Assembly: GCA_043825735.1 (NCBI GenBank)
Contig: JBDRRP010000040.1
Span: forward strand, 62,001-126,000
Direction of reading: 5' to 3'
Length of the DNA: 64,000 nt
From: Pseudomonadota bacterium
GTDB lineage: Bacteria > Desulfobacterota > Desulfobacteria > Desulfobacterales > JBDRRP01
A program made the position numbers and the translations under genes. A model generated the notes under the pieces. That model saw only the letters and a program-made list of their open reading frames with translations, ran no database searches and was not told the DNA's origin. Every line of letters starts with the position of its first letter. Position 1 is the first letter of the stretch. This document shows, piece by piece, positions 8,785 to 18,827 of this stretch.

Positions 8785-10110
8785 ATGGGACAGCCTAAAA
8801 CCTTCATCCTGGACACGAACGTCATCCTTCACGACAGCACCTGTATCGACCATTTTGCTGAACACGACGTTGTCATCCCTATTGTCGTTATCGAAGAGCT
8901 GGACCAGTTCAAACGCGGCAAGGACTCGCTCAATGTCCATGCACGGGAGTTCCTTCGGGCGCTCGACGGTTTGAGTTCGGACCGGATTTTTAACGGCGGC
9001 ATCTCCATCGGCCTGGGCAAGGGGAAAATCAGCATTCAGCTCGAGAGCGAGTTCCACTCGGCCCTCAAACCCAATTTTTCTCCCAGCAAACCCGACCACC
9101 ACATCCTCAACACCGGTTTCGTACTGGCGGAAAAGTGCCCCGAGCGGCAGGTCATTCTCGTTACCAAAGACGTCAATCTGCGAATGAAGGCAAAGTCCAT
9201 CGGCTTGATGGCCCAGGACTATACCACCGACCATGTCAAGAACCTGTCCGACCTCTACAAGGGCACACGGACCGAGGAAAACATTCCGGAATCGGTCATC
9301 GACCAGTTGTACGCCTATCCCAACGAGATCGATACTTCCGCGGTGACCATCAGTCAGGAACTTTTACCCAACGAGTATCTTATCCTGCGAAACGGGAAAA
9401 AATCGGCGCTGGCGTACTTTGATGGCTTCTCACGGTTGATCCGCAAGGTCGACAAGTATCCCTGCTACGGGATCGCGCCCCGCAACGCCGAGCAGGCCTT
9501 TGCCCTTGATGCGCTGACCAATCCGGATGTCCCGCTGGTGACGCTTTCCGGAAAAGCCGGCACCGGCAAGACGCTTCTGGCGCTTGCCGCGGCGCTGGAG
9601 AAAAAGCGGCTCTACCGGCAGATATTCATCGCCCGTCCCACCGTGCCGCTCAGCAACAAGGACACCGGTTTTCTCCCCGGAGACATTCAGTCCAAACTCG
9701 ATCCCTACATGCAGCCGCTCTACGACAATCTGGCCGTCATCCAGGAGCAGTCGCCGTCAAAGGGCAACGGCCGCAGCCGGATCAGCGAGATGCTCGAAGA
9801 CGAGAAGATCGTCATCACGCCGCTGTCATATATCCGGGGGCGCAGCCTGGTGAAAATCTTTTTCATTGTCGACGAAGCACAAAATCTCACCCCGCACGAG
9901 GTGAAGACCATCATCACCCGTGCCGGAGAGGGGACAAAGATCGTTTTCACCGGCGATATTTTCCAGATCGATCACCCCTATCTCGATAGCCAGTCCAACG
10001 GTCTGAGCCACCTCATAGAGAAAATGAAAGACCAGCGATTGTGCGCCCACATCAATCTGGAAAAAGGGGAGAGAAGCGATCTCTCCGAGCTCGCCATCAA
10101 CTTGCTGTGA
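8785..10110 (+). CDS. phoH: PIN-PhoH ATPase (PhoH2/YlaK type)
   Basis: ILDTNV PIN start, GKAGTGKT, GFLPG, RGRSL, DEAQN, GD..QID. Confidence 0.92.
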   Translation: MGQPKTFILDTNVILHDSTCIDHFAEHDVVIPIVVIEELDQFKRGKDSLNVHAREFLRALDGLSSDRIFNGGISIGLGKGKISIQLESEFHSALKPNFSPSKPDHHILNTGFVLAEKCPERQVILVTKDVNLRMKAKSIGLMAQDYTTDHVKNLSDLYKGTRTEENIPESVIDQLYAYPNEIDTSAVTISQELLPNEYLILRNGKKSALAYFDGFSRLIRKVDKYPCYGIAPRNAEQAFALDALTNPDVPLVTLSGKAGTGKTLLALAAALEKKRLYRQIFIARPTVPLSNKDTGFLPGDIQSKLDPYMQPLYDNLAVIQEQSPSKGNGRSRISEMLEDEKIVITPLSYIRGRSLVKIFFIVDEAQNLTPHEVKTIITRAGEGTKIVFTGDIFQIDHPYLDSQSNGLSHLIEKMKDQRLCAHINLEKGERSDLSELAINLL

Positions 10111-11824
10111 CAGGGTTTTGCTTGACTTGGGAAAGAAATTCTTCTGCCAGATGCCGTTCAGCCGATGCCGCCGGCATGGGAAGGTGATAGAGGGCGCCTT
10201 GTCCCAACTCGCAGTTTAGTCGCTTCAGGACGGCCAGCTCTTCCTGCGTTTCGATGCCTTCGGCGATGACCTCCATACCGAGCCGGTGGGCCAGCAGCAG
10301 GGTGCTCTCCACGATGCTCTGGTTCTTATTCTCCCGGTCGATACCTCTGACGAAGGATTGATCGATTTTAAGTACCTGGAAGGGGAACCGGTGCAGATAA
10401 CTGAGCGAGCAGTACCCGGTGCCGAAGTCGTCCAGCACGGCTGAAATTCCCAGGCGGTGGATCTGTTCAAGAACGTTCTCCACCTGGTTGGGATTGTCGA
10501 TGATCTCGGTTTCAGTCAGCTCCAGCTTGAGGTGGCGTCCCGAAACTCCGGTCGATGACAGGGCCTCTTCCAGCACGGAGACGAAGGCGTCATCTTTAAA
10601 CTGGCTCGCCGAGACGTTGATGCTGAGCATGAGATCGGTCCGTTTGGGGAAATCGTCCCGCCAGCGGCGCAGCTGGCGGCAGCCTTCCTCCAAGACCCAT
10701 TTGCCGATGGGGATGATGAGCCCGGTTTCTTCCGCCAGCGAGATGAAGTCGTCGGGTGGAATCATGCCCCGCTCGGGGTGCTGCCAGCGGACCAGGCCCT
10801 CAAAGGCGACAACCCGTCCGTTGGCCGTGTTCACGATGGGCTGGTAATAGAGCCGCAATTGGTTGTCTTCGACGGCCTTCTGCAACTCCGGTTCCAGCGT
10901 CAGACGCCGCATGGCATTCTGATGCATTTTCCGGTCGAAGATCTGATACCCCGAAACCGGGTCTGCCGTGTTGGCCGCCAATCCGGCGTCGCGCACCATT
11001 TCCTGTGCGTGCCGGTAGCCACTGGAGCTGAAGGCGATGCCCATGTGAATGCGCCCGGTGATGTCATGGCCACCGATGACGATGGGCCGGTTGAGGGCCT
11101 CCAGCAGGTGACCGGCCAATGCCGTGGCTTCCGCCGGGTGGTTGGCGTGGTAGAGCAGGATGCCGAACTCGTTTTGGCCCAGTCGAGCCAGGAGCGCACC
11201 CGGGGACAGTAACGCTTGGAGACGGGCGGCCTGTTTTATCGTGTAGGCTTCGGCCTCTTTTTGTCCCAGGCTTTCCACCAGCATCCGGTGGCGCCCCATC
11301 CGTATGAACAGGAGGCCGAACAGGTGGTGGTGGTATTGCCACCGGCCAATTTCGTCGGTGAGCCGGTTTAGGAAAAGTGTCGGGTTGGGCAGCCCGGTGC
11401 CGGCATCATAGTGGCGCAAGTATTCCCGCTCCACATCCCGAAGCCGTTTCTTTTCAAGACATGCCGAAACACGGGCTCTGAGCAGGATGGGGTTGAACGG
11501 TTTCGGGAGATAGTCCTCGGCGCCGTTTTCGATGCATGTGACCGTGCTTTCCATGTCGTTCACGGCAGTGATCATGATGACCGGGATGTCTCGCAAGGTC
11601 TCCTGCGATTTCATCTGCCGGAGCACTTCGTACCCGTCGATCTCCGGCATCATGACATCCAGCAGAACCAGGTCGATATGTTGGCGCGACAGGATGTCGA
11701 GCGCCTCCCGGCCGTTTTCGGCTTCGAAAACATGGCGGATGCCCTGCTTCTCAAGGTGTTTGATCAGGTAGTGCCGGTTGCTGCGAATGTCGTCAACAAC
11801 CAGGACCTGAGCGTCGCTGAACAT
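10097..11824 (-). CDS. REC + degenerate GGDEF + EAL c-di-GMP phosphodiesterase
   Basis: VVDD, LLDVMMP, KPF; RLGQNEF replaces GGDEF; YQPIV, EGLVRW, DDFGTGY, LKIDQSF, AEGIE. Confidence 0.9.
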   Translation of the reverse strand: MFSDAQVLVVDDIRSNRHYLIKHLEKQGIRHVFEAENGREALDILSRQHIDLVLLDVMMPEIDGYEVLRQMKSQETLRDIPVIMITAVNDMESTVTCIENGAEDYLPKPFNPILLRARVSACLEKKRLRDVEREYLRHYDAGTGLPNPTLFLNRLTDEIGRWQYHHHLFGLLFIRMGRHRMLVESLGQKEAEAYTIKQAARLQALLSPGALLARLGQNEFGILLYHANHPAEATALAGHLLEALNRPIVIGGHDITGRIHMGIAFSSSGYRHAQEMVRDAGLAANTADPVSGYQIFDRKMHQNAMRRLTLEPELQKAVEDNQLRLYYQPIVNTANGRVVAFEGLVRWQHPERGMIPPDDFISLAEETGLIIPIGKWVLEEGCRQLRRWRDDFPKRTDLMLSINVSASQFKDDAFVSVLEEALSSTGVSGRHLKLELTETEIIDNPNQVENVLEQIHRLGISAVLDDFGTGYCSLSYLHRFPFQVLKIDQSFVRGIDRENKNQSIVESTLLLAHRLGMEVIAEGIETQEELAVLKRLNCELGQGALYHLPMPAASAERHLAEEFLSQVKQNPVTAS

Positions 11825-11907
11825 GGTTTCCCCTCTATGCGGCTACACGATCGATGCTCGCCATAGTATCTTTGCCCGGCGGCGGAAAATCAAGGACTTT
11901 CCTGCGC

Positions 11908-14442
11908 TCATCCGCGCACCAGTGAAATGACAGCAGCGGCGATGTTTTCCGGCTGAGGCATCATTGCGGCTTCCAGGCCCTTGGCATAGGGCACCGGGCA
12001 TTCCGGTGCGGCGATGCGCACCGGCGGCGCCTTGAGCAGGCGGTGGCCGGCAGTGGACACCCGGGCGATAACTTCGGCGCCGATACCGCCGGTGGCGGTG
12101 CCTTCCTCCACGGTCACCAGCCGGCCGGTCCGCGCCACGGATGACAGGATGGTGCCGGTATCCATCGGGTAGAGGGTCAGCAGGTCGATCACTTCAACAT
12201 CGATGCCCTCGGCGGATAGTGCGTCGGCGGCCTCCAGGGACACGGACACGCCCAGCAGGTGCGTGACGATGGTGGCGTCCCGCCCCTTGCGAGCAATGCG
12301 CGCTTTTCCCAGAGGAAGGACTTCGGAAGGCTCCGGTACCGGCCCGGCAACAGCGTAGAGCAGTTTGTGCTCGAAAAAAAGCACCGGATTGTTGGAGCGG
12401 ATGGCGGCCTTCAGAAGCCCCAGCGCCGTGAAGGGATCCGAGGGGGCCACAACCATGAGCCCCGGTATTCCAAAGAAAAAGCGCTCCATGGACTGGGAAT
12501 GCTGGGCGGCCATGCCGATGCCGCTGCCCACCGGTGTGCGGATGGTGATGGGGATGGACACCTGCCCGCCGGTCATGTAGCGCAGCTTGGCGGCCTGGTT
12601 GAGGATCGGGTCCATGCAGCAGGAGAGAAAATCGGCGAAAAGGATTTCGCAGATAGGGCGCATGCCGGCCATGGCCGCCCCCACGGCGCCGCCGACGATG
12701 CCGTTTTCGCTGATGGGGGTGTCGATGATGCGCTCAGGGCCGAATGCAGCCACCAGACCCTCGGTGACGTTGAAGTAGCCGCCCAGGGTGACATCCTCGC
12801 CCCAGAGAAACACGCGCGGATCCCTTTCCATTTCTTCAGCGATGGCCCGGTTGATGGCCGCGGCATAAGACATGTCCGGGCCATCTGCCCCTACCGGGAT
12901 TTCGCCGGTGAAAAGCGCAGGGTCTTCGGGTGCATAGACCCGGGTGGTCAGGGCGGCTGGCGCCGGATCGGCCGCCGATACCGCCGATGCGGCTGCGGCC
13001 GCAATCTCTTCGGCGCAGTTTTCTCCGATGCGCGTCAGCTCGGATGTGGTGGCATCGCCGTTTGCTGCCAGCGCGGCCCCCAGCCTCGCGATGGGGTCCT
13101 CGGCCATGTGGCGGGCCTTTTCCTCGGGGCTGCGGTAGCTTTCCGGCTCGCCTTCCATGTGTCCGTGCCAGCGATAGGTGAGCAGTTCCAGCGCCCTGGG
13201 GCAGCCGTCCCGGCGCATGTCGGCAACGATGCGGCCCACTTCCCGGAAGACGGTTGCGGCGTCGTTGCCGTCCAGGCGGCTGGCAGGAATGCCGCAGGCG
13301 GCCAGCCGCCGGGTGATGTCCGTTTCTGCCGAGTGCCTGGCGATGGGGGTGAACTCACCGTAGAGGTTGTTTTCAACGATGACCAGCAGCGGCAGATCAA
13401 AGAGCGCCGCCATGTTCAAGGCCTCGTGAAACATGCCCTGATTGACCGAGCCGTCTCCGGCGAACACCACCGAGATATCGTCTCGCCCCTGCCGCCGGAT
13501 GGCCAGGGCCGCGCCCATGGCCAGCAGATATCCAGCCCCGACGATGCCGTTGGCCCCGAGTACTCCGATGGCGCCGTCGGTGACGTGCATGGAGCCGCCC
13601 TTGCCCTCGCACAGGCCGCCGGCCTTGCCGTAGAGCTCGGCCATCATAGGGCCGATCGCTGCGCCTTTGGCGATGATATGGCCGTGGCCCCGGTGCGTGG
13701 TGTTGATGTAATCGGAGCGCCTGAGATTCAGACACACCCCGGCGGCCACGGCCTCCTGTCCGATAGACAGGTGGATGGCCTCGGTGGGCAATTCGCCGCC
13801 GGCGAAGGCCGTTGCCAGGTGGTTTTCGAAGGCCCGGATGGTGCTCATGACACGGTACAGATCCACGCCGCCGGCCGGTGCCGCAGGGGGCGGCGGCGCG
13901 GGGGCCGCCCGCGGGGGTTCGCCGACGGCCGTTGGAAACACGGGCAGGGCGCCGGGATCCAGGCCGGTGCGTTTACCGCGAAACAGGAAGGATAGCCGCC
14001 GCTGGCGTTTTCGCTCGGCAGGGGCGGTTTTCAGCAGATCGCCTCGGCCCATTTCCGTGAGGATGCCGGGGTAAAGGGCGAACGCCGGCTTCAGCGCCGG
14101 GATCAGCTTCAGGGCCTTTTGCATGGAGCCTTTGGCCACGATTTTCCGGCTGGCGATGGCCATGGGGACATTGAGCGTCTCCATCCAGAACCGGTGGCTG
14201 GTGTCGGAGGAGAGAATCATTTCCACATCGACCTCGGGCGGGACTTTCGGGTCCCACAGGATCCGGCCCTGGCCGCCCTCAACGGCGAGGTAGAGATCGG
14301 TGCCCAGATCCGCGTATCTGAATTTGATCACGATAGGTGCCGCGGTGAGGGGCCTGGAAATCGCCGGCGTGGCGAAAATGGCCTCCCACAGGCGGGTCAG
14401 TACCGCCTGGAGTTCTTCCTTGGAATCAAAAATCGTCGCCAT
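11908..14442 (-). CDS. SCP2-like domain fused to ThDP-dependent 2-oxoacid/acetoin dehydrogenase E1 alpha and beta
   Basis: SCP2-like N-terminus (AIASRKIVAKGS); alpha motifs HLSIGQEA, HRGHGH, GKGGSMH, GDG..ENN; beta motifs GEDV, DTPISE, QHSQ, FFEHK; AGGAGG upstream. Confidence 0.85.
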   Translation of the reverse strand: MATIFDSKEELQAVLTRLWEAIFATPAISRPLTAAPIVIKFRYADLGTDLYLAVEGGQGRILWDPKVPPEVDVEMILSSDTSHRFWMETLNVPMAIASRKIVAKGSMQKALKLIPALKPAFALYPGILTEMGRGDLLKTAPAERKRQRRLSFLFRGKRTGLDPGALPVFPTAVGEPPRAAPAPPPPAAPAGGVDLYRVMSTIRAFENHLATAFAGGELPTEAIHLSIGQEAVAAGVCLNLRRSDYINTTHRGHGHIIAKGAAIGPMMAELYGKAGGLCEGKGGSMHVTDGAIGVLGANGIVGAGYLLAMGAALAIRRQGRDDISVVFAGDGSVNQGMFHEALNMAALFDLPLLVIVENNLYGEFTPIARHSAETDITRRLAACGIPASRLDGNDAATVFREVGRIVADMRRDGCPRALELLTYRWHGHMEGEPESYRSPEEKARHMAEDPIARLGAALAANGDATTSELTRIGENCAEEIAAAAASAVSAADPAPAALTTRVYAPEDPALFTGEIPVGADGPDMSYAAAINRAIAEEMERDPRVFLWGEDVTLGGYFNVTEGLVAAFGPERIIDTPISENGIVGGAVGAAMAGMRPICEILFADFLSCCMDPILNQAAKLRYMTGGQVSIPITIRTPVGSGIGMAAQHSQSMERFFFGIPGLMVVAPSDPFTALGLLKAAIRSNNPVLFFEHKLLYAVAGPVPEPSEVLPLGKARIARKGRDATIVTHLLGVSVSLEAADALSAEGIDVEVIDLLTLYPMDTGTILSSVARTGRLVTVEEGTATGGIGAEVIARVSTAGHRLLKAPPVRIAAPECPVPYAKGLEAAMMPQPENIAAAVISLVRG

Positions 14443-14508
14443 GGGGCACCTCCTGGTCAGTGCCCATCCATAAACGGCATCTTTTGGTCCAGTGCTGCGT
14501 TTTCACAC

Positions 14509-14618
14509 TTTTCGAAATCCGCCGGAGGCGGACAAGTCCTCGGGCTGTTCGTCTGGAACCCGGTGCGAAGCACCGGGTTTCCAAGACAAATAGCGGGCTA
14601 TTCCTCCGGTTTCGAAAA
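14509..14618. repeat. About 110-bp nested palindrome (REP/MITE-like)
   Basis: ttttcgaaa/tttcgaaaa outer arms, ccggagg/cctccgg, core ggaacccggtgc-gaa-gcaccgggtttcc, extra hairpin tccgccggaggcgga in left arm. Confidence 0.75.
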
Positions 14619-14911
14619 TGCTCAAGCCTTGCCCTGAACCACACGGTTTAATCCTGACGCCCGGCGCGCAGCGCAGGGTGTCCAAGGACAATCTACCATT
14701 TCTGGATGGACACTAAATAATTTTTTTGCATTTTCCATTTGAACAAACATCGGGATAATCACGATTGCCCCCATCAGAGCGCTTTCGGGTATGAAAATCA
14801 AGCGCCCGGTGTTGAACCCGATCGCCATTCCCGCTATGGTGGGTCGTGCCACATCCCTGCCGCATCGCCGGCAATACCGTTTAGAAGCGATTTCAGCCGA
14901 TTAGGAAGACC

Positions 14912-16348
14912 ATGCTGGAGTATGACCTGCTTATCACGCTGGGCTACCTTTACGCCGCCATTGAAGTGCTTTCCATCGCCGCTGCGCTCAATGTGGTGAT
15001 GAAAGGGCGCACCGCTCAGGGGACCATCGCCTGGGCCATCGCTCTGGTATCGTTTCCCCCGGCGGCTTTGCCGCTGTATCTCATCTTCGGCCACCACCGG
15101 TTTCACGGTTACGTGTCGGCCCGGCGGGCCGGCAAACTGGACATCAACCACATTGCCGCCAGTCTGGCCCAAAGGGCGCCGGATATCCGGGCCTCCTTCG
15201 CCGCTCATCAGAGCGAGATCAAGCTGCTGGAAAAACTGGCGGCCATGCCTTTCACCCGGTACAATCGGGCTGATCTGCTGATCGACGGTGAGGCCACCTT
15301 CGGCGCCATATTTGACGGGATCGACGCCGCCCGGAAATATATTCTGGTTCAGTTTTTCATCGTCCACGACGACCGGCTGGGCAGGGACTTCCAGCAGCGC
15401 CTGCTGGCCCGGGCCGCAGCGGGAGTGAAGATCTTCTTTCTCTACGATGACGTGGGGTCCCACCAGTTGCCGGCCGCCTATCTGGAAACCCTCAGGGCCG
15501 CCGGTGTGCACACACACAGCTTCAAGACCACCAGGGGCTGGCTCAACCGGTTCCGAATCAATTTCCGCAATCACCGCAAGATCGTCGTGGTGGACGGGAC
15601 CGTGGCCTTTGTGGGCGGGCTCAACGTGGGCGATGAGTACATGGGACGCAGCCGGCGCTTCGGCCCCTGGCGAGACACGCACGTGCGGGTGGAAGGACCG
15701 GCGGTCCAGTGCATTCAGCTCGCCTTTCTCGAGGACTGGTACTGGGCCACCCACAGCGTGCCCGATCTCAATTGGGAGCCGCGGCCGGCGCCGACCGGAG
15801 ACATGCCCGTGCTGGTGCTTCCCACCGGGCCGGCCGACGACGTGGAAACCTGCACCCTGTTTTTTCTGCTGGCCATCAACTCGGCCCGCCATCGCATCTG
15901 GATCGCCAGCCCCTACTTCGTTCCGGACCGGCAGGTCATCAGCGCCCTGCAACTGGCGGCCATGCGCGGCGTGGATGTGCGGGTCATCCTTCCGGAAAAA
16001 CCCGATCACATTCTGGTCTGGCTCTCGTCGTTTTCCTTCGTTGAAGAAACCGAGCCCTTCGGAGTCAAGTTCTACCGCTACCAGCCGGGATTCATGCACC
16101 AGAAGGTGATGATCGTCGATAACGGGGTCGCCACCATCGGCACGGCCAATTTCGACAACCGCTCATTTCGCATCAACTTCGAGATCACCCTGCTCTTCGG
16201 AGACGATGCCTTCGCCGCCGAGATCCGGCAGATGCTGGTGGCGGACATGCGCCGGTGCCGCGAGGTCACCGCCCGGGAGCTCATCGAAAAACCGCTGTGG
16301 TTCCAGATGGCAGTAAAGATCGCCCGGCTCATGGCGCCGGTGCAGTAA
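14912..16348 (+). CDS. cls: Cardiolipin synthase
   Basis: Two N-terminal TM helices, two HKD motifs (HRKIVVVD, HQKVMIVD). Confidence 0.95.
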   Translation: MLEYDLLITLGYLYAAIEVLSIAAALNVVMKGRTAQGTIAWAIALVSFPPAALPLYLIFGHHRFHGYVSARRAGKLDINHIAASLAQRAPDIRASFAAHQSEIKLLEKLAAMPFTRYNRADLLIDGEATFGAIFDGIDAARKYILVQFFIVHDDRLGRDFQQRLLARAAAGVKIFFLYDDVGSHQLPAAYLETLRAAGVHTHSFKTTRGWLNRFRINFRNHRKIVVVDGTVAFVGGLNVGDEYMGRSRRFGPWRDTHVRVEGPAVQCIQLAFLEDWYWATHSVPDLNWEPRPAPTGDMPVLVLPTGPADDVETCTLFFLLAINSARHRIWIASPYFVPDRQVISALQLAAMRGVDVRVILPEKPDHILVWLSSFSFVEETEPFGVKFYRYQPGFMHQKVMIVDNGVATIGTANFDNRSFRINFEITLLFGDDAFAAEIRQMLVADMRRCREVTARELIEKPLWFQMAVKIARLMAPVQ

Positions 16349-16384
16349 AAGTGCACTGAAAAGCAGTGTCCGACGGTTTTTATT

Positions 16385-16609
16385 CACCACGAAGTTCACG
16401 GAGCACACGGAGGTTTATTAACCCAAAAGGAATATTTCTCGCGCAGAGGCGCGGAGACGCAGAGAACTGCGGGAAATTGAATTGCGAGAGTGCTTTTCCT
16501 TGCGCCTCTGCGCCTCTGCGCGAGATATGAATTATAAAATCTGTGTGCCCTCCATGACTGGTTCAACATCACTGTGGGAAGAGCCCCACTGGAGCATTCC
16601 GTATAAGCG
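16385..16609. repeat. Composite palindromic repeat (CACGGAG-type enclosing a CGCAGAG-type hairpin)
   Basis: 16430-16609 aligns by eye with 50390-50571. Confidence 0.85.
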
Positions 16610-16653
16610 TAAAGAATTTTTTGAGATAGGTTCTACATAGGAGCACACCTGCC

Positions 16654-17139
16654 ATGGCGGCCATTGTTTACGAACCCATCGGTGTCATTCATTCCCCCTT
16701 TGCCGATCTCGAGGGGATGCCCATACAGCCGGCCGGCGCGGCCGGCGCCTACGGAACGGTGACCGTCTTTTCCGAGTACAGGGAAGGGCTCACGGATCTG
16801 GACGGGTTTTCCCACATCATTCTTCTCTATCACTTCCATCGAAGCCAAGGCTTTCGGCTGGATGTCTTGCCATTCCTGGATACAGTTCCTCGCGGCCTGT
16901 TCGCCACGCGGGCGCCCCGGCGGCCCAACCCCATCGGCCTGTCCATCGTCCGGCTGCTCAGCATCGAGGGCGCCGACATTCACGTCGCCAACGTGGACAT
17001 TTTAGACGGCACGCCGCTGCTGGACATCAAGCCCTATGTGCCTGCCTTCGACGCCCAAAGCGATGTCCGCAGCGGATGGCTTGAAACGGCCCAGGGCGAG
17101 ACGGCCCGGCGGCGCTCGGACGATCGCTTTACGCGGTAG
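16654..17139 (+). CDS. tsaA: tRNA m6t6A37 methyltransferase TrmO/TsaA
   Basis: PIGVIHSPF, GLFATRAPRRPNPIGLS, LDGTPLLDIKPY. Confidence 0.92.
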   Translation: MAAIVYEPIGVIHSPFADLEGMPIQPAGAAGAYGTVTVFSEYREGLTDLDGFSHIILLYHFHRSQGFRLDVLPFLDTVPRGLFATRAPRRPNPIGLSIVRLLSIEGADIHVANVDILDGTPLLDIKPYVPAFDAQSDVRSGWLETAQGETARRRSDDRFTR

Positions 17140-17383
17140 TCTTCCGGGCCGCTGTACCCCTCTGGCCGCGAATCTCCACCGCAGCCGTGATGGAATGCGC
17201 CGGTTGCTGGACTTGCCATGGCGCTGGGGGCCTGCCACGGCTTGCCGCACCCCGACGAGGTGTATATTTTTTTTACACCCAGCCCTTAATACGCTCTTGG
17301 CCTGGTTAATAATTACCCACCGCAGCCCCTCAATTTTCCGCGATACGCATTTATTTTGCCGGAAACATTGTAATTCCTACCAT

Positions 17384-17399
17384 TGGCATCAGAATTGCT
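17384..17399 (+). promoter_or_regulatory. Sigma54 (-24/-12) promoter for the cus cluster
   Basis: TGGCATCAGAATTGCT, exact GG-N10-GC spacing, about 40 nt before the TolC start. Confidence 0.75.
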
Positions 17400-17441
17400 G
17401 GGTACCGGTTCAAACAACTTCTTTTTTGCGGAGTGCGCCTT

Positions 17442-18818
17442 ATGAAATATTTCATGTCCGTAGCCGTTCAGGCGGTCTTTTTTTGGGGGGGAAGCGTATT
17501 CGCGATGGCGCCTTTGGTCCATGCTCAATCAGCCGCGCCCCCCACCCCCTTGCCGGCACTGATTGCCGAAGGCTGGCAGAGCAACCAGGAACTGGCGGGC
17601 CTTCGGGAAAGCATCGACGCCCTCAAAGATTCCGCCGTGGCGGCCGGTGCGTTTGACGACCCCCGCCTGGGCATTGCGCTGCTCAATGTGCCGACCGATT
17701 CTTTTAATCTACGTCAGGAAGCCATGACCCAGAAACAGCTCACCCTGGCGCAGAAACTGCCCTGGTTCGGCACCCTGGATCTCAAGAGCCGGCGGGTGGT
17801 GCTGCAGGCCGTGGCGCAGGAATCCATGCTGGCGGCCAAACGAAACGAGCTGGCCCGGAAAATCACGGATGCCTACTGGGAACTGGCCTTCATCGATCGC
17901 AGCCTGGCGGTCAATGCCCGCCTTACTGAAATGGTGGGACAACTGCTGAAGATCGCCGAAACCCGCTACGGCGTGGGCAAAGGGCTTCAGCAGGACGTGC
18001 TTCAGGGGCAGGTGGAACTGAGCAAACTGCTCGATGAAGAACTGACGCTGACCAAGCGGCGGCAGGTAACCGAAAGCGCGATCAACGCCTTGATCAATCG
18101 GCCGGACTATCAGCCGATTCAACCGGAAGACACCGCGGCGCTGCCGGATGCCGGTGCCATCGACAAGGCAACGCTGCACGACCGGGTCATTGCCGGCAAC
18201 CCGCTCATCGAAGCCCGCCGGGTGGCCATCGATGAGGCGGCGGCAGGTATCGAACTGGCTGAGAAAGACTACTACCCGGATGTCAATGTCCAGATGGCCT
18301 ACGGCCAGCGCGACGCCGACCCCAGCGGGCGCTCACGATCGGATTTCGTCTCGGCGGGCGTCGTTGTGAGCGTGCCCCTATGGTCAAAAGGCAAACAGGA
18401 CCGCCAGTTGTCTGCTGCCAAGAAGCGCCAGGAAGCCGCCCGCCGGGCCTACGCCGCGCTCACCGAAAGCCTGCCCTACCGGGCCGAGGCGATGGTCGAT
18501 GAAATGCTGGCGCTGATGAAAAATTACAGGCTCACCAAGGATGCCATGATCGTGCAGGCCGGTCAGTGGGCGCAGTCGGCCCTGGCCGCCTACGAGGTGG
18601 GCAAAATCGAATTCAGCACCATGATGGGCGCCCAGATACGCTTGCTGCAAATGGATTTGCGCCAGGACAATTACCGCTATTCCCTGCTGCGAAAACATGC
18701 GGAGCTGCAGGAAATTCTCGGGGGTGTGGTCGATGGCGTATCGGCCGGCAAGCATGTCGACAGCCGACAACGTTCTGACGACGCAGCAGACGCCCACACG
18801 CGGGTCGCACGGCGATAA
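17442..18818 (+). CDS. cusC: TolC-family outer-membrane efflux protein
   Basis: Signal peptide, QKLPWFG, RYGVGKGLQQDVL, YYPD, AYEVGK; first gene of RND cluster. Confidence 0.85.
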   Translation: MKYFMSVAVQAVFFWGGSVFAMAPLVHAQSAAPPTPLPALIAEGWQSNQELAGLRESIDALKDSAVAAGAFDDPRLGIALLNVPTDSFNLRQEAMTQKQLTLAQKLPWFGTLDLKSRRVVLQAVAQESMLAAKRNELARKITDAYWELAFIDRSLAVNARLTEMVGQLLKIAETRYGVGKGLQQDVLQGQVELSKLLDEELTLTKRRQVTESAINALINRPDYQPIQPEDTAALPDAGAIDKATLHDRVIAGNPLIEARRVAIDEAAAGIELAEKDYYPDVNVQMAYGQRDADPSGRSRSDFVSAGVVVSVPLWSKGKQDRQLSAAKKRQEAARRAYAALTESLPYRAEAMVDEMLALMKNYRLTKDAMIVQAGQWAQSALAAYEVGKIEFSTMMGAQIRLLQMDLRQDNYRYSLLRKHAELQEILGGVVDGVSAGKHVDSRQRSDDAADAHTRVARR

Positions 18819-18827
18819 GGAGACAAT

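Noticed and set aside
12259..13995. Long antisense ORFs (also 14834-16099, 18384-19766, 20061-21875 and others)
   Set aside because: Shadows of well-supported genes in high-GC DNA, with no motifs
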